The notes under the pieces: model-generated
Seen by the model: only the letters and a program-made list of their open reading frames with translations
Databases searched by the model: none
Told to the model about the DNA's origin: nothing
Shown here: positions 13,114 through 25,750 of the stretch, in pieces
Layout of the letters: each line of letters opens with the position of its first letter
Numbering within the stretch: the first letter of the stretch is position 1
Position numbers and translations under genes: made by a program
Assembly (NCBI GenBank): GCA_026025795.1
Contig: JAPEUG010000044.1
Span: forward strand, 1 to 64,000
DNA length: 64,000 nt
Direction of reading: 5' to 3'
DNA from: Thelocarpon superellum
Taxonomy: Eukaryota

Positions 13114-14370
13114 ATGACCGTCTGTCCTCTGATCTGTCCAGCATGCGCGCGTCGATTGCAGCGTCTCCCTGACCGTCGATTCAACGCCCTCGGTGTCCAT
13201 GGCGTCCGCCAGCAGAGCACCGTCACTCCCACGCGCTCGTCCAGCTCTCCTCCGCCCCGTCACTCCCCCTTCCTGTCTTCCCCAACAGACCAGCTCGCGG
13301 CGCAAGCATCCCGACCACGTCCCCGTACGCCCATACGCATCCCCGCATCGGCCGTAGCATACCGATGGGAGACCAACGAGCCGACGCCGGCGCAGCTCTC
13401 GCAGGCCGACGCCTTCTTCCTGCGCCATGACCCGACCTTTCTCACCAGCGAGCCCTTATTCCGAAACATGACGCGCGACAGCCCCACGCCCGAAGTGGTC
13501 TTCCTGGGGCGCAGCAACGTCGGCAAGTCGTCGCTACTCAACGCCCTCCTCGGCGCCTCCATCTGCCACACGTCCAGCAAGCCGGGGCGCACGCGGTACA
13601 TGAACGGCATCAGCGTGCACGACGGCCGGCTCATCGTCCTCGACATGCCGGGCTACGGCCGCGCGAGCCGCGAGGAATGGGGATCGGAAATCATCAAGTA
13701 TCTCGTGGGCCGCAGCCAGCTCCGGCGCGCCTTTCTGCTCGTGGATGCGCGGCACGGGCCCAAGGAAACCGACCTACACCTCCTCTCCATCCTTCGCACG
13801 CACGCCATTCCGCACCAGGTGGTGCTATCGAAAGTGGACCGGGTGCTGTTCCCGCAACACCCGCGGTTCCCATCGCCCGCAAAGCTCCAATGGCACCTGA
13901 CCCAGCTCCAGACGAGCCTGCACGAGCTCCGGCCCCTCCTGCAGCCGTCACCTGCCTCGGGCCCGCCCGCCCTTGGCGAGATACTCAGCTGTAGCGCCGA
14001 GACCGCCACGGACGGCCGCGGCATCAAGAAGCGAGCGCAGGCGAAGAAACAATCGACCATGAAGATGAAAGTAAAGTTGAAGATGGGCGGGGCCGGTACC
14101 AAGGGCCGTGTGGGCGCTGTGTCCTCAAGACCACCGGGTCCCGACGCTCTCGGCGTCTCCAATCTTCGCTTTGCCGTCTTGGCGGCCGTCGGCCTCGATC
14201 GCTCCCTCGGTCTGGGTAAAAGCGGCCTCCCACGTGGTCTGGCGCCAGCGAGTGGGATAGATCATGGGACTACTGCGCGTGGTAAAGAGGAAGTTGACAG
14301 AAACCTTGCTGATGATGCGGACGACGATGAAGACGGAGACGGCGGCGAGATTGAGGACGGAAGTAGATGA
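13114..14370 (+). CDS. EngB/YihA-family GTPase (GTPBP8/Mrx8-like), probably mitochondrial
   Basis: G1 GRSNVGKSS, G2 SSKPGRT, G3 DMPGYG, G4 SKVD. The Arg/Ser-rich N-terminus resembles a mitochondrial presequence. Confidence 0.88.
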   Translation: MTVCPLICPACARRLQRLPDRRFNALGVHGVRQQSTVTPTRSSSSPPPRHSPFLSSPTDQLAAQASRPRPRTPIRIPASAVAYRWETNEPTPAQLSQADAFFLRHDPTFLTSEPLFRNMTRDSPTPEVVFLGRSNVGKSSLLNALLGASICHTSSKPGRTRYMNGISVHDGRLIVLDMPGYGRASREEWGSEIIKYLVGRSQLRRAFLLVDARHGPKETDLHLLSILRTHAIPHQVVLSKVDRVLFPQHPRFPSPAKLQWHLTQLQTSLHELRPLLQPSPASGPPALGEILSCSAETATDGRGIKKRAQAKKQSTMKMKVKLKMGGAGTKGRVGAVSSRPPGPDALGVSNLRFAVLAAVGLDRSLGLGKSGLPRGLAPASGIDHGTTARGKEEVDRNLADDADDDEDGDGGEIEDGSR

Positions 14371-14827
14371 TCGATCCTGACCTCACCTATTCACATCCAC
14401 AATTGATGAGAACATGGGTAATAATGGATTAGATATATAGTATTTGGGTCTACTCTTATATCTACCTCTGCTTCGTAGTCAACGTCTCGCCGCGTCACGG
14501 CCGCATGGTCATCTTCCCTGTCCGCGCTCTCACTCTCGCCCCGAAAAAAGATGATCAACAATAAGTGAAGGTGACGCCGGTGGAATGCATGCGTGCCATG
14601 CAATAAATGTACATAACTCTACGCATCAGTAAGTCGGTCGGTCGAGTTATGGGCTGATTCAATCAAGTAGTACTCCGAGATGGGTAAGCCATGCCAGAAG
14701 ATGCTGTCCGCAGCAATGCAGGAAGAGCGAGGAGGCGTCTCGTCATGTGATGTTCCTCGAGGGTTGGGACGGTGCGTTACTTCATGCAACGCCAAGATCG
14801 GTCGAGGCTGACGATCGTCGTGCTGCA

Positions 14828-17800
14828 TCAAATCATGGAATCGTCTGTCGTTCGTTCCTCCACGGCATTCTCATCCAGTTCTCCGTCGGTCATTTCCGGG
14901 ACCGCCTCACCCTTGGCATCAACCACGATTCGGTTTCCTCGTTTCTCTTCCGGCACTCCATCTCTCATCGCTCCAAAATCGAGCACCTAGTCACCACTCT
15001 CCGTTAGCCATCATCTCAAAGCACCCTTTCCCAGACAGGCTCACCTCAATGTAGGTCAGGTTTTCGCGTTGCACAGCCGCGACGCAGCGCCGTCCATTGA
15101 ACTTGACTTGCCAGACCCCGCTGAGATCGGTCAGGAGATCACGCACGTATTCGCCCGTTCGCACGTTCCACATCTTCAACGTCCGATCCGAGCCCGAAAT
15201 GACCTTCTCGCCGTCATGCTGGAAGCAAGTGATTGCTCCCGTGTGCGCGCTCAGCACGCTCTTGCACTGGCCCGTCTCTGGGTCCCAGATGCGCAAGGTC
15301 GAGTCAGCTGCGGCCGACACGAGTCGATCATGACTGAGATCGAGTAGGCCCACGAGCGACGTGTGTCCCTCGAGACTGTACAGGACCGCACCCGTCTCCA
15401 GCGACCAGACTTTGACCAGGTTGTCCATCGATCCGCTGATGCATCGGTTACGCTCATGATCCAATACCACGCTGTATACCTTCTGTGCGTGGCCATGCAA
15501 CCGATGCACGGTTTCACCGGTTGAGATCTTCCACACCCGCACGGTGCAGTCATAGCTGCCGCTGACAAGGGTATCGGCGTGCGCCGCGATGGCCCGCACT
15601 GAATGGAGGTGTCCCGCCAACGTCCGCACAAAGTAGGGACAGTCGGTATCGTTGGGGGCTGGTCCGGCCTGGAAAAAGCTCTTGTCGCCCGGCTGGGGCA
15701 GCTTCCAAACCCGTAGGCTCGCGTCGCGCGAGCCCGTGATGATCAATGGCTGTTTGGGCGCCATAATGGGCCGCCCGTCGATTGCCTCGCCCACCTGGGT
15801 GGGCATCAAGATCTGTAGGCATCGCACCGTCGACGTGTGGCCCTGGAAGACCTGCGTGCACAACCCCTTCTCGATGTCCCACACCCGCACCGAGCGGTCG
15901 GTGGATCCTGAGACGAGGACGTTGCCCTCGTATTGCAGCGCCCAAACACCTCCCTCGTGGCCCTCGAGCCGTGTGCGCAACGCGCCCGTTTTGGTATCGT
16001 AGACGTTGATGTTGGTGTCGTCGCTGCCGGTGAGAATTTTATCGGTGTCGAACTGAAGGCAGGTGACCACGTGGCGGTCGTGGGCGCGGAAGGCCAAGTG
16101 CTGTGGATTCGTATCGGCCATCATCCAGTGCTTGCGGATGGCATAGTGTCGGGCGTAGAGGGACTTGTGAAGATGGAGGTTCTTCAGGCTCGATAGGCCG
16201 ACCGCGGGATTGGGCACGGCCGCTGCGGCAGCGGTTGCGGCGGCGTACGGACCCTCGGCCACGGAGAGCTGGGTTAGGAAGCCGTCGGCACCGGCGTCAT
16301 CAGCCTGAGTGCGTGGGCGCTCGCGCCGTCGGGGTTGTTTCCGACTAGCATACTTGGCCGCTGCCTTCCTCTTGGGACGTCCGCTCTGCGGGGTTGAATA
16401 GGTGAGGTGCTCGGGGTCGGCCTCGTCCGTAGCGACGCTACCACGTGATAAGGCACTACCCGACCGAGTCATCATCAAGGCAGAAGCCGTATCGCCGCCG
16501 TCGGGTCGAGTAGCCGTGGTGGCGTTCAGATCGCGCTCGCACGCGTTCACTCCGTGCGGGTGCTGCCAGCCCCAACCTTCTCGAATGGCCCGCTGAAGCT
16601 CGCCCTCAGCCAAGACAAAGTTGTCCTGGTCGAAGAGCTCCTTCCACGCTCGCTCGTCCGAGTCGACAATCTGCCGCCATTTCCGTGACACTTGTGCCGC
16701 GCGGCAAAGACTGCGGAAGTCGAGGGAGCGGAGGATGTTGAGGCTCAACTCGAGAGGGAGTAAGGTCAGGAAGTCGCACTTCAGCGCGGGATTGACGACT
16801 TCGGCCACGAATTGGAGGGTCGGTTTGGAGCAGCGACGGAGGAATTGATACATGAGGTAGGTCTGCATCTCGGCCGGCATCGCGTCGAACGAATCGAGCA
16901 TGGTCGGGATCTCCATAAGCGTCGGCGATGGAAGCTGTCGGTTCGAGAAATCGGCCTCACTCGGCGGGCGGAGCGCGAAGAGCGCATCCTGCGAGCCGCG
17001 TGGGGTCGTCGGCTTCGACACACGATATTCTCCCATCCTTCGCCCATCCTCAGGCGGCGGAAGCTCAAAGCTCGACTCGATATCGTCGTCCGCATCGGCA
17101 CCGAAGTAGTCGCCTGCGTTCGCGTGTGACAACGCCGCCGTGACAGGTGAAAGACTAGGGCTAGGGAGACTGGCATCCTGGATGACCGAAAGGTTCAGGT
17201 GGCTAGGGAGGGAGGGACGGTTGAGAAGTGTCTCGGACGCGGTGCTCGGTTCCAACGGCTGAAGATCCGTATCTGCTATCGGCGGTGTCGCCGCGGCCAG
17301 GTTGACAGCCGTTTCTATGCCCGGCTCGCTCGCGCGCTCGTGCTCGTTTCCGTGCCTGTGATCTTGGCCTTGGTCTTGCTCGTGTTCCTGTCCCATCATC
17401 CTCGGCGTATCCTGGGTCTCATCGCGAAGGAAGTCCGGAACCCCGTCTCGCGCCGCGAATGACGCATTTTTGCTGGGTGCCGAGTGAGGACTCAGCGGGG
17501 TCGGCGTTCCCTCGTGATCGTGCGTCTCGGCGAGCGGATGGAGTGCATGGTGACGCGTGGCTGGGACCTGCGGCACCTGACTGGCACCCTCACTGCTGCC
17601 GATGCTCAATTTCAAGGTACTGGCGTCGCTCCGTTGCGAGGAGTTCTTGCGACACCGTCGAGAGAGGTCGGCCAGCGTAGGGACGGCTGTCTGCGAGATC
17701 TCTCGGAACTCACGGCGTTTCTGGTCGCGACGCTGAAGCTGTGCCAATTCAGCCGCTTCGGAGATGGAGACGGGAGATGCGGGACGCTTCTTGGAGCGCG

Positions 17801-18524
17801 TCAGGGGCCGGGCGAAGGCTCGACCACTGGCATATTTGGCAGACGGGGTACGAGCTGAGGAGGTACCAGACTGGGGCGTGTCGTATTGAGGAGCAAACTT
17901 GGAGACCGTTTGCAGCACCCCGTCAGATGCGGTCAGGCAAGCGTTTTCTCGATGCAGCTGGCATGTCCCTGCATCAGTATGACGTGCCAGATGAATCAGA
18001 CCATCGCCCGCGCTCGCGTCGGCGGTTGGTGGGGCCGGAGTCACACGTCGGGCGGGAGAATGGCGGCTCACCTCGCACAATGTCTGCGAAGCATTCTCGG
18101 ATTCGCGGAAATAGGTAGGCGTGCCGGCAAAGTCGAAACGGACGTTTTTCAAGATCTGTGGCGTGGGTGACGAGGCCAAGGGATACCGTTTCGGGTCGAG
18201 TTGACTCAAATGACGGGGCGCTTTGAGCACGAGGGGCGGAAAGGATGTTGTGGTTGTTGTGGTGGTGGTTACAATGGTGGTCTGCGTGGCCGGAGCATAC
18301 GAGAACTGACCAACGGTAGTGTTCGGGCTCAAGGATTCGAGCGGTGTGGGCAGTTTCGAACCTACCCGGCCTCGTTCGGCTGGTGTGGGCAGGTCGAGGA
18401 CTGACGCTGGCGAGGCCAAGACACCTGAGGGCGACATCGCGGACGCGGCGGTCGAGACAGCTGAACGCTTGGGATGAGGATGGAAGTCCGACCTCGTGGT
18501 GGGTGTCTGGAGCGGCGGCTCCAT
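14828..18524 (-). CDS. CDC4: F-box/WD40 SCF substrate adaptor Cdc4
   Basis: F-box DFLTLLPLELSLNILRSLD...AAQVSRKW, then WD40 repeats (GHEGGVWALQY, GHTSTVRCL, GHAQKVYSVV, GHTSLVGLL). Probable ATG 18524 (MEPPLQTP). Introns 17958-18071 and 14987-15044; last exon VLDFGAMRDG...DDSMI* ends at 14828. Confidence 0.92.
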
Positions 18525-18939
18525 GTTGGTGGCAGCGGCAGGGGGTGGCTTCAACGCGAGGATGACGCGAGAATCGGGGTGGGCGAAGGATCCAGGGCCG
18601 CCGGGGGAGGGGGCCGGACAGGACGCAGCGGTCGGGGAGAACCTAGGATTATAGACACGCTGGATACGTCGTGGGCGAAGGAAGATCCATGAAGGCGAGT
18701 CCTGTGCGGTATCGAGAGAGAAGTGGTGGGCCACTGGCGGTGTCGCTGGAAGGGAGGCGGACGACGGAAGGAGGGCGAAACCGGCTTCGGCGGCGGATCC
18801 CAGAACGGTGGCGCGATGGAAGGACCTTAGCGAGTCGTCGGTAATGATGGGTAATGGGTTATGGAGAAGGGAGCCTGGCGAGGTGCTGTTGTGACGGAGG
18901 CTGGCCACGTGTGAAGACCGAGGGTCTGACGCGACGAGA

Positions 18940-18966
18940 GGAGTGGAGTGGAGTGGAGTGGAGTGG
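18940..18966. repeat. (GGAGT)5 microsatellite upstream of the probable CDC4 start
   Basis: ggagtggagtggagtggagtggagtgg read directly. Confidence 0.85.
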
Positions 18967-20558
18967 TAGTCGGTGATGAGTGATGAGTGTCTGAGGGTTG
19001 AGGTCGCCGGACGGGTGGTGGCGAGTCTTCGCGTGGATGTGTGAGCGGTGATAGGCGTACCGGATGATGGAGTGCGGTAATGGAGGTGCTGCTGCTGCTC
19101 TTGTGGGAAAGTGAGGTGTGAGGGGTTGGACAGGGCTGGGGCCTGCCCACTCTTCATCCTGCCGGGGGCTCGCCGGGAGCGTGTCGGGGCGTGCGGGCCT
19201 GCTCGGCTTCGCTACAGGAGAGCATGACGGTGCAGTGCGGTAACCTTAGGTTATTTGGGGTGGAGCTCGATGCCACGAGCACATTGGCGCCAACCTGTCT
19301 GCCTCCGCCACCTAACCAGCTTCTGCCGTCGTTTCATTGTCGCTCACCGTCTTGGGGCCCGGTTACCTTTCGGCTACCCAGCTCGACTCGGTGCGGAGGC
19401 CCGTCGATCGTTCACTAACATACTACTGTCTCCGCTCGTCGCCTATGGTACGAGTACACCCCCGCCGGCGATTCTTGCGTCGGTATCCCCTCGCCCATCC
19501 CCTCTCATGGCGGCCCGTTCTCCGCTTCACTCTTCCGTCCCGAAGTCCGGGGCGGTGATGCAGTCATGGCCGGCGCTCGCATATTAGGGTGTAACAATAG
19601 CAGGCATGGGCTATGGCCGGCGCTGCAAGGAGAGCTGCCTCCGGCGCCAAGCTCTCCCGACCGGCAGGCGGGTGGGGAAAGGGCCTGAAAGTACCAGCTC
19701 CCTGCGACAAGCTAGACTGTCCGCGAGGGCTGCTGCCACGCCCGCAGGGCCGACCGGGGCATCCTTCCACGTTGCTCATACCCACATAGCCGCACCCCAC
19801 CATGGCACGCCGACGGTGGGTCATCTCGTGGTCTAAAGTCCGTCGAGGCTGGCTTCCGCGTAGCCCGTAATCAGGCGTGGCGTCCGAGTCAGCCTGATGC
19901 GTGTCGTCGCCCATGGTCGATGGGGAAGATGATTGTTGCTGTTTACTCACCAATACGCTCCCCCGGCGGGCCGCCCTTCAATAAAAAATACCTTTGGGAG
20001 CTCTTGCGCTTGGATGCAGGGTGCAGGGTCGTGCCTCACGCCCGCGCACCTCACGAGCCTTGGGACCAGGTGGTCCAAGCCGGGGCGCCGAGGTGCGGTG
20101 AAGATGGGCATCCCCGGTCACGTTTCCGATCGGGCCACTATCTCTCTCTGGGGTCCCCTAAGCGGGTCCCCACCCCCTCGCCTGGGACGCGGCATCGGCC
20201 ATTTAAGCTTTCCGTCGCATGATGGGACTACTCCGCCAGCACCGTGGGTGATGGGACGGACCATGCGGGCCAGATCGCTCAAGCCTTGATGCCTTCATGC
20301 ATCACCGACACGATGCGCGATCCACGGGCGCGGCATATCATCATGCCCTTGCACGCGGGCCGAAAAGGGATCTTGCGTGGGGAGGAGCTATGTGGGGGCG
20401 TGTTCAACGGAAGACCCAAGCCAAGACTCTTGCCGTCCACCCCTTCCACGCACTGCAAGGAAGTATTTCGAGGCTTTGCTAACGACTACGGTACTGGAAG
20501 TGGGGAGCGGGCCCGGGCATCCCGTCTCCGACCCGGGCGTTTCTAAACACCCCGGCCC

Positions 20559-21666
20559 TTAAAGCTTAGGGATGAACATGGGGGTCTCCTCCTTCCATCG
20601 CCGATAATCGTCGCGGTCTCCATACTTCTGATCGTACTTCTTTTCGCTCAACGGTACCCCCGATACCTAGGCCGCGGTCAGCGTGACACCAGCAGTGCAA
20701 CCGTGACGGGACGGGACGTACCTTGAGGAGGAGGAGGGTCACAAAGGCGGGGCTGACGCCGGCCATACCCAGCGCCGCGACCCGGCCCCACGGCGAACTC
20801 GCCAGACCCATACCCAGCTGCCCGGCGCTGCTCAGTAGCACACCGGCCGAGAGCGTGGCAATCCCCGTCCACAGCGTACTCTCGCCAAAGTAATTGGGGT
20901 GGCGGCTCTTGCTCCAGAGTCCGTGGGTCAAGAAGGCTTCCTCATGCTTCTTCTCGCGTTTCGCTTGTACCCACCGGTCTTTCTGCCAGTCGGCTGTTGC
21001 CTCGAAGGCAAACCCACCCGTGTATAGAAGGATACCAAGCACATCCGTAGTCATGAGGAAGGGTAGTGTAGCCAGGAGATTCTGTGGAATCGAGTTCACA
21101 GCCAAGACGGGCATTAAACAAAGCGAAACCCAGGTCGCCTGGGCAAAGAAAGCGACGGCGAAGCGCGGTGGTGACTTCCTGATCTCCTCAAAGCGAGAGT
21201 CTGATCCATCTTTCATGATGCGTTGGAATAGAAAGGTTCCCACTGTTGAATCTTATCAGCCTACCAGCAACAAAGGCCGAGCGTAAACCACCGTCGGAGG
21301 GAGGTGGAACTCACGACGAGCGGCCCAGATGGTCACGGCTGCACTTAGCACGACCTGACGCCAATTCAACATGCCCGGACCCGAGCCCGTGAGGCTCGCC
21401 AGCAGGCTTGGCCACGGCGGCTTCACGTTTCCCGCTGCTGCGGCCGCGGCACGGGCGCGCATCGTGGGCAGGTACAGACTGAGCGCGGTACACGAGAGAT
21501 AGGTAAGAGAGCCGGACAGATCATAGAACCGTTCCGACTGCGCGGCGATGGAAGGGATGGCCACGGCGCCCTGGATGCCGTACGCCAAGGAGATACATGG
21601 TACCAATGTTCGGAGGAAGGGGCTGCGGAAGTTGGTCAGGCCGAGGGCGTAGTTGAAATACGACAT
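20559..21666 (-). CDS. DUF1295 / steroid 5-alpha-reductase-like membrane protein
   Basis: Motifs SERFYDLSGSLTY, DSRFEEIR, FEATADWQK, GLWSKSRHPNYFGE, VSGVPLSEKKYD. Introns 21243-21314 and 20667-20721; ends PMFIPKL*. Confidence 0.9.
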
Positions 21667-23368
21667 CTTGGCGACATGCAGTTTGATGTCGAGGCGATGC
21701 ACCCTGGGGGTCTGTGCTTGCTATACGGCGTATGGAATGAAGATCGAAAGAAGTCACGCCTCACTTGCAAACATCCACGCCAGGCCGAGCAGCGGTGTAA
21801 GTGATGATCAATTTGGGGGACTGATTGTGACTGCCGGTCGATATTTCCGCAATACGGAGATGGTAGCATGGGCTGGTGACGACATGATGTTCGAGCGACA
21901 CGAGCAAGCTAAAATTGGCAGCCGAACGGCGCTAATAATGCCGTGCCTGTGTGAAGGAGAGCACGAGAGCACGAGAGCACGGGCGCACGGGGTAAAGAAA
22001 GCGGATAGCCCAAGAAGGGCGACCGAGCCAGATCGAAGGTGGAGGTGGATTTGGGACGTGGCTTGGTTACCGGCGATGGCAGGGGTCGATCCAAACAGAC
22101 CGTGCTTGACCATGGCAACATCAACATCACGCGTCGCTGGACCTCATCTCGGCTTTGACTACATCGATCTTAGGCAGCGCGCCACATAACTGCGGAGTCA
22201 AAATGCGTCAACGCATTTCCCTCGCAGCGCACCCACGTAGGATTCGCGCAATCTACTCAAGCACACAACACATTGACCAACGCTATACGGTCTTCTTGTT
22301 TGGGTACGTGGTGGTGGGCACCGTCTTGGAAGGTGGCCTTCATCAATGCGCGGCCCTCGCCCTGTGTTAGGATGAGTACTCGTGGACACCATATTCGGAC
22401 TGGGTGCGATGCTCCTTCGTAAGGAGTTCGATCATGATGGATGCAAGTGCTGCCAAGACGTTGCACGCGCAAGCCAGCAGTGTGTAAAGGGGAGCTCGAA
22501 CACTGGCGTGGACTTTCTGGGCGTCACGGCCAGCACCACTCGAGGACGGTCCAGCCCGGGGAAGAAACGAGAGAGTTGATACGAAGCATTATTCGGCCTT
22601 CGTAGAGTACCTGGACCCTACTTGACTCGAGCAGGGGAACCGCGTCAACGTTAAATCTGGACAACAGCTGACTGGTGACAGCGCTGCCCCCAGCAGCTCT
22701 CGTCCCAGAGCATAGGTACTCGTACACGAACCTCGTACCCTCTAAGCAAGGGTAGAGTAGCAGTCCGCTTACCCACACCCCGTAGCGACCCAAACCGTCG
22801 TTGTGTCAGCCATAGCATCCCATTGGCTACAAGCCGCCCTGGCCCTTCTCACACCTCATCCGCTCGCCGCGTCAGCCTGACGATCGGTGTGTGTACGAAG
22901 TCCTTGTCCCTGTACGAATAGCCGCAGTCCTGCGAGTAGCCTACTGGCGTCTTTGGTACTCGTAGTCGCCGTTCCTGACTGCGCCTACCGATACTACGGA
23001 GAAGCACTCCTACCCGTCACCTGTCCGTCGTTATTCTCGACCAGAAGCGGTGCGGCTCATTGCCATCACCTGTGGGTGTTCGCGCGACGCCATCACACTC
23101 GTTCAGTGAAGCTCTTGACGCAGCTCACCACCTCACTCTCCTTCGCAGCAGCGACAGTTGCGACAGTGTTCGATCGAAACACTTCACGGTCGCCTCATCC
23201 GTCCCTCGCATGGGTTCTCCCCGTCCGCCGTCTGCATTGTCTCTGGCACAGCCTGGCGGAGCGGAGGAGTTGGGCGCTCACGCAACGGCAACCTCGACAC
23301 CGTGAACTGGATGGTGGGTCGTTGGCTGCGTGGTTGTCGATGTCGACAAGATAGATGACCCGCACACA

Positions 23369-25654
23369 ATGGTAAGCCAGCAGATGCACCGATAGGTACC
23401 TCGTCCGGGTGGGATGCTGACCGCCGGGCCCGCAGCATTTCCAGCTTGCTCTTCGCTCGTTATGGCTTGTCCTTTTCCTCCTCTTCAATCTGACCGCGGC
23501 TCAATTTGTATCGGCGGACGCGGCCAACAACAATGTGACGACAATCCACTCGCCCGTCAATGGCAATATTTCCATCACATATAAGGCGCCTCCGCCGGGC
23601 ACCTGCACCACCATCTTCCCCACGCAACAGCAATATGTCGGCCATGTCTCGCTTCCTCCCTTCACCCTGGCACCCATCCAGCAGAATTACTCCATCAACA
23701 CCTTCTTCTGGTTCATCGAGGCGAGACAGAACGCGAGCACCGCGCCCCTGACCATTTGGCTCAATGGGGGGCCAGGGTCGAGTAGCATGGTCGGCCTGTT
23801 CCAGGAGACTGGCCCGTGCGAGGTCGTGGAGCTGGCCAAGGGCAAGTTCGGGACTACGGCGCGAGACTGGGGCTGGGACCGAAGCTCCAATCTGCTCTAC
23901 ATCGATGAGCCGAACGAGGTTGGATTCTCCTTCGACACTCCCACCGAAGGTTCTCTCAATCTCCTCACCGGTGACTTTCTCTTCCCTCCCCGTGACCCTC
24001 CCAGCAACCAAGCGCCCATCAGCTTCCTCAACGGCTCCTTCAGCTCGAACAATGCCAACCATACGTCCAACACCACCGATATCTCAGCTCAAGCGGTGTG
24101 GCACATGTTACAGGCCTGGCTGGGCGTCTATCCCCAGTACAATCCTGGCACGCGCCCGGATACCAACCTGACCGATCCCGCGGGGATCAACCTCTTTGCC
24201 GAAAGCTACGGAGGGAAATACGGCCCGGCCTTTGCATATTTCTGGGAGCAGCAAAACATTGGGCGTCAGAATGGCACCATCTCGAGCATGGGGACGGTAG
24301 ATTTGCAGCTTCAATCGCTCGGTATCATGAGTGGATGTGTCGACGATCTCATTCAGGCCCCGTTCTATCCCATCATGGCAAGCAACAACACCTACGGCAT
24401 CCAGGCCATCAGCCAAGACGTCGAATTGACGGCTGCCGAGAGTTTTCAAAACCAGGGAGGCTGTCAAGCAGCCATCTCGGCGTGCCGAGCCGCCGTTGCG
24501 GCCCAAGATCCATTTGACCACGGAGATGTATCGTCCGTCAACGCTCTTTGCAAATCGGCCCTGCTCGACTGCAACCAAAATGTGCTGTCGCCTTACATGG
24601 ACTCCAACCGAAGCATCTACGATATCACGCACATGGTGCCGGATCCTTTCCCACCCAGCGCGTACCTCGAATACCTCAACACCGAGGACTTTCTCGCAGC
24701 GATTGGATCGCCCATCAACTACACCGAGAGTAGCGGCACCGTGCAGGGTGCTTTGATCGCCAGTATGTTCCATGACGATTTACCTTCCCGTTCTTCCTTG
24801 GTCTTTGGGTCCAAGTCCAGTGCAGCTGACACTTCCTAGCTGGTGACTGGGAACGCGGCAATCAGATCTCCGCCCTGTCGTACCTCCTCTCGAACAACGT
24901 GCGCGTCGCCCTCATCTACGGCGATCGGGATTACGTCTGCAACTGGCTCGGCGGCGAAGCCGTGTCCTTCTCGGTGGCGGGTACGCTGCCGGATGCGTAT
25001 GGGCCCTTCTATGGTGCCGGCTACGCCGACATCGTGGTGAATAGCTCGTATATCGGCGGACAGGTGCGCCAATTCGGCAATCTGTCGTTTACGCGCGTCT
25101 ACGACGCCGGCCACCTCATTCCAGCCTACCAGCCGGAAACGGCCTTTACCGTCTTTACCCGGGTCATGACGGGCGTCAACATTGCGACGGGCGAGCCGGT
25201 CAACCTCACGAGCTTCGGCACGCAGGGTGATGCCAACAGCACGCACACCAACTCGGCCCCGCCGTCGCCGGATCCCACTTGCTGGTTGCGGGACGTGGCG
25301 CAGAAGTGCACGGACCAGCAGAAGTCGATGATTCAGAAGGGCCAGGGCGTCATCATCAACGGCGTCCTCTACGATCAGGAGAGTGACTGGCCGATCCCGC
25401 CGGCGTCGATCGTCAGCGAGGCCGGCGTGCCGGGTTCGTTTCCTTCGGCAGAGGCTAGCGCAGTCAGCGCTCAGGACTCCATGTCCGGTAGTGGTTCAAG
25501 TCCTACGTCGTCCATACCCACGGGCGTCTACGTTGCGACTGGTCCGTTTTCCAAACCGACCAAGACGGGCGCCGCGCCTCGTGCATTCCACCTCAATGCA
25601 TTCCTTCTCTTGGGGAGTTTCGGTCTCGGATGGGCAGCCACGGCTCAACTGTGA
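23369..25654 (+). CDS. Secreted serine carboxypeptidase (peptidase S10), probably GPI-anchored
   Basis: WLNGGPGSSS; nucleophile region FAESYGGKY, Asp in GDRDYVCN, His in YDAGHLIP. First coding exon is the ATG alone (23369-23371); introns 23372-23435 and 24763-24839. Signal peptide MHFQLALRSLWLVLFLLFNLTAA; Ser-rich tail and hydrophobic C-terminus. Confidence 0.9.
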
Positions 25655-25682
25655 TCTTCATGCGCCTGTTTTCGGTCGCTCT

Positions 25683-25750
25683 CATCATCATCGTCGTCAT
25701 CATCGTCGTCATCATCGTCATCATCATCACCACCTCCAACGCCACCACCG
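25683..25750. repeat. Compound (CAT/CGT)n-(CAC)n trinucleotide repeat in the carboxypeptidase 3' region
   Basis: catcatcatcgtcgtcatcatcgtcgtcatcatcgtcatcatcatcaccacc... read directly. Confidence 0.8.
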
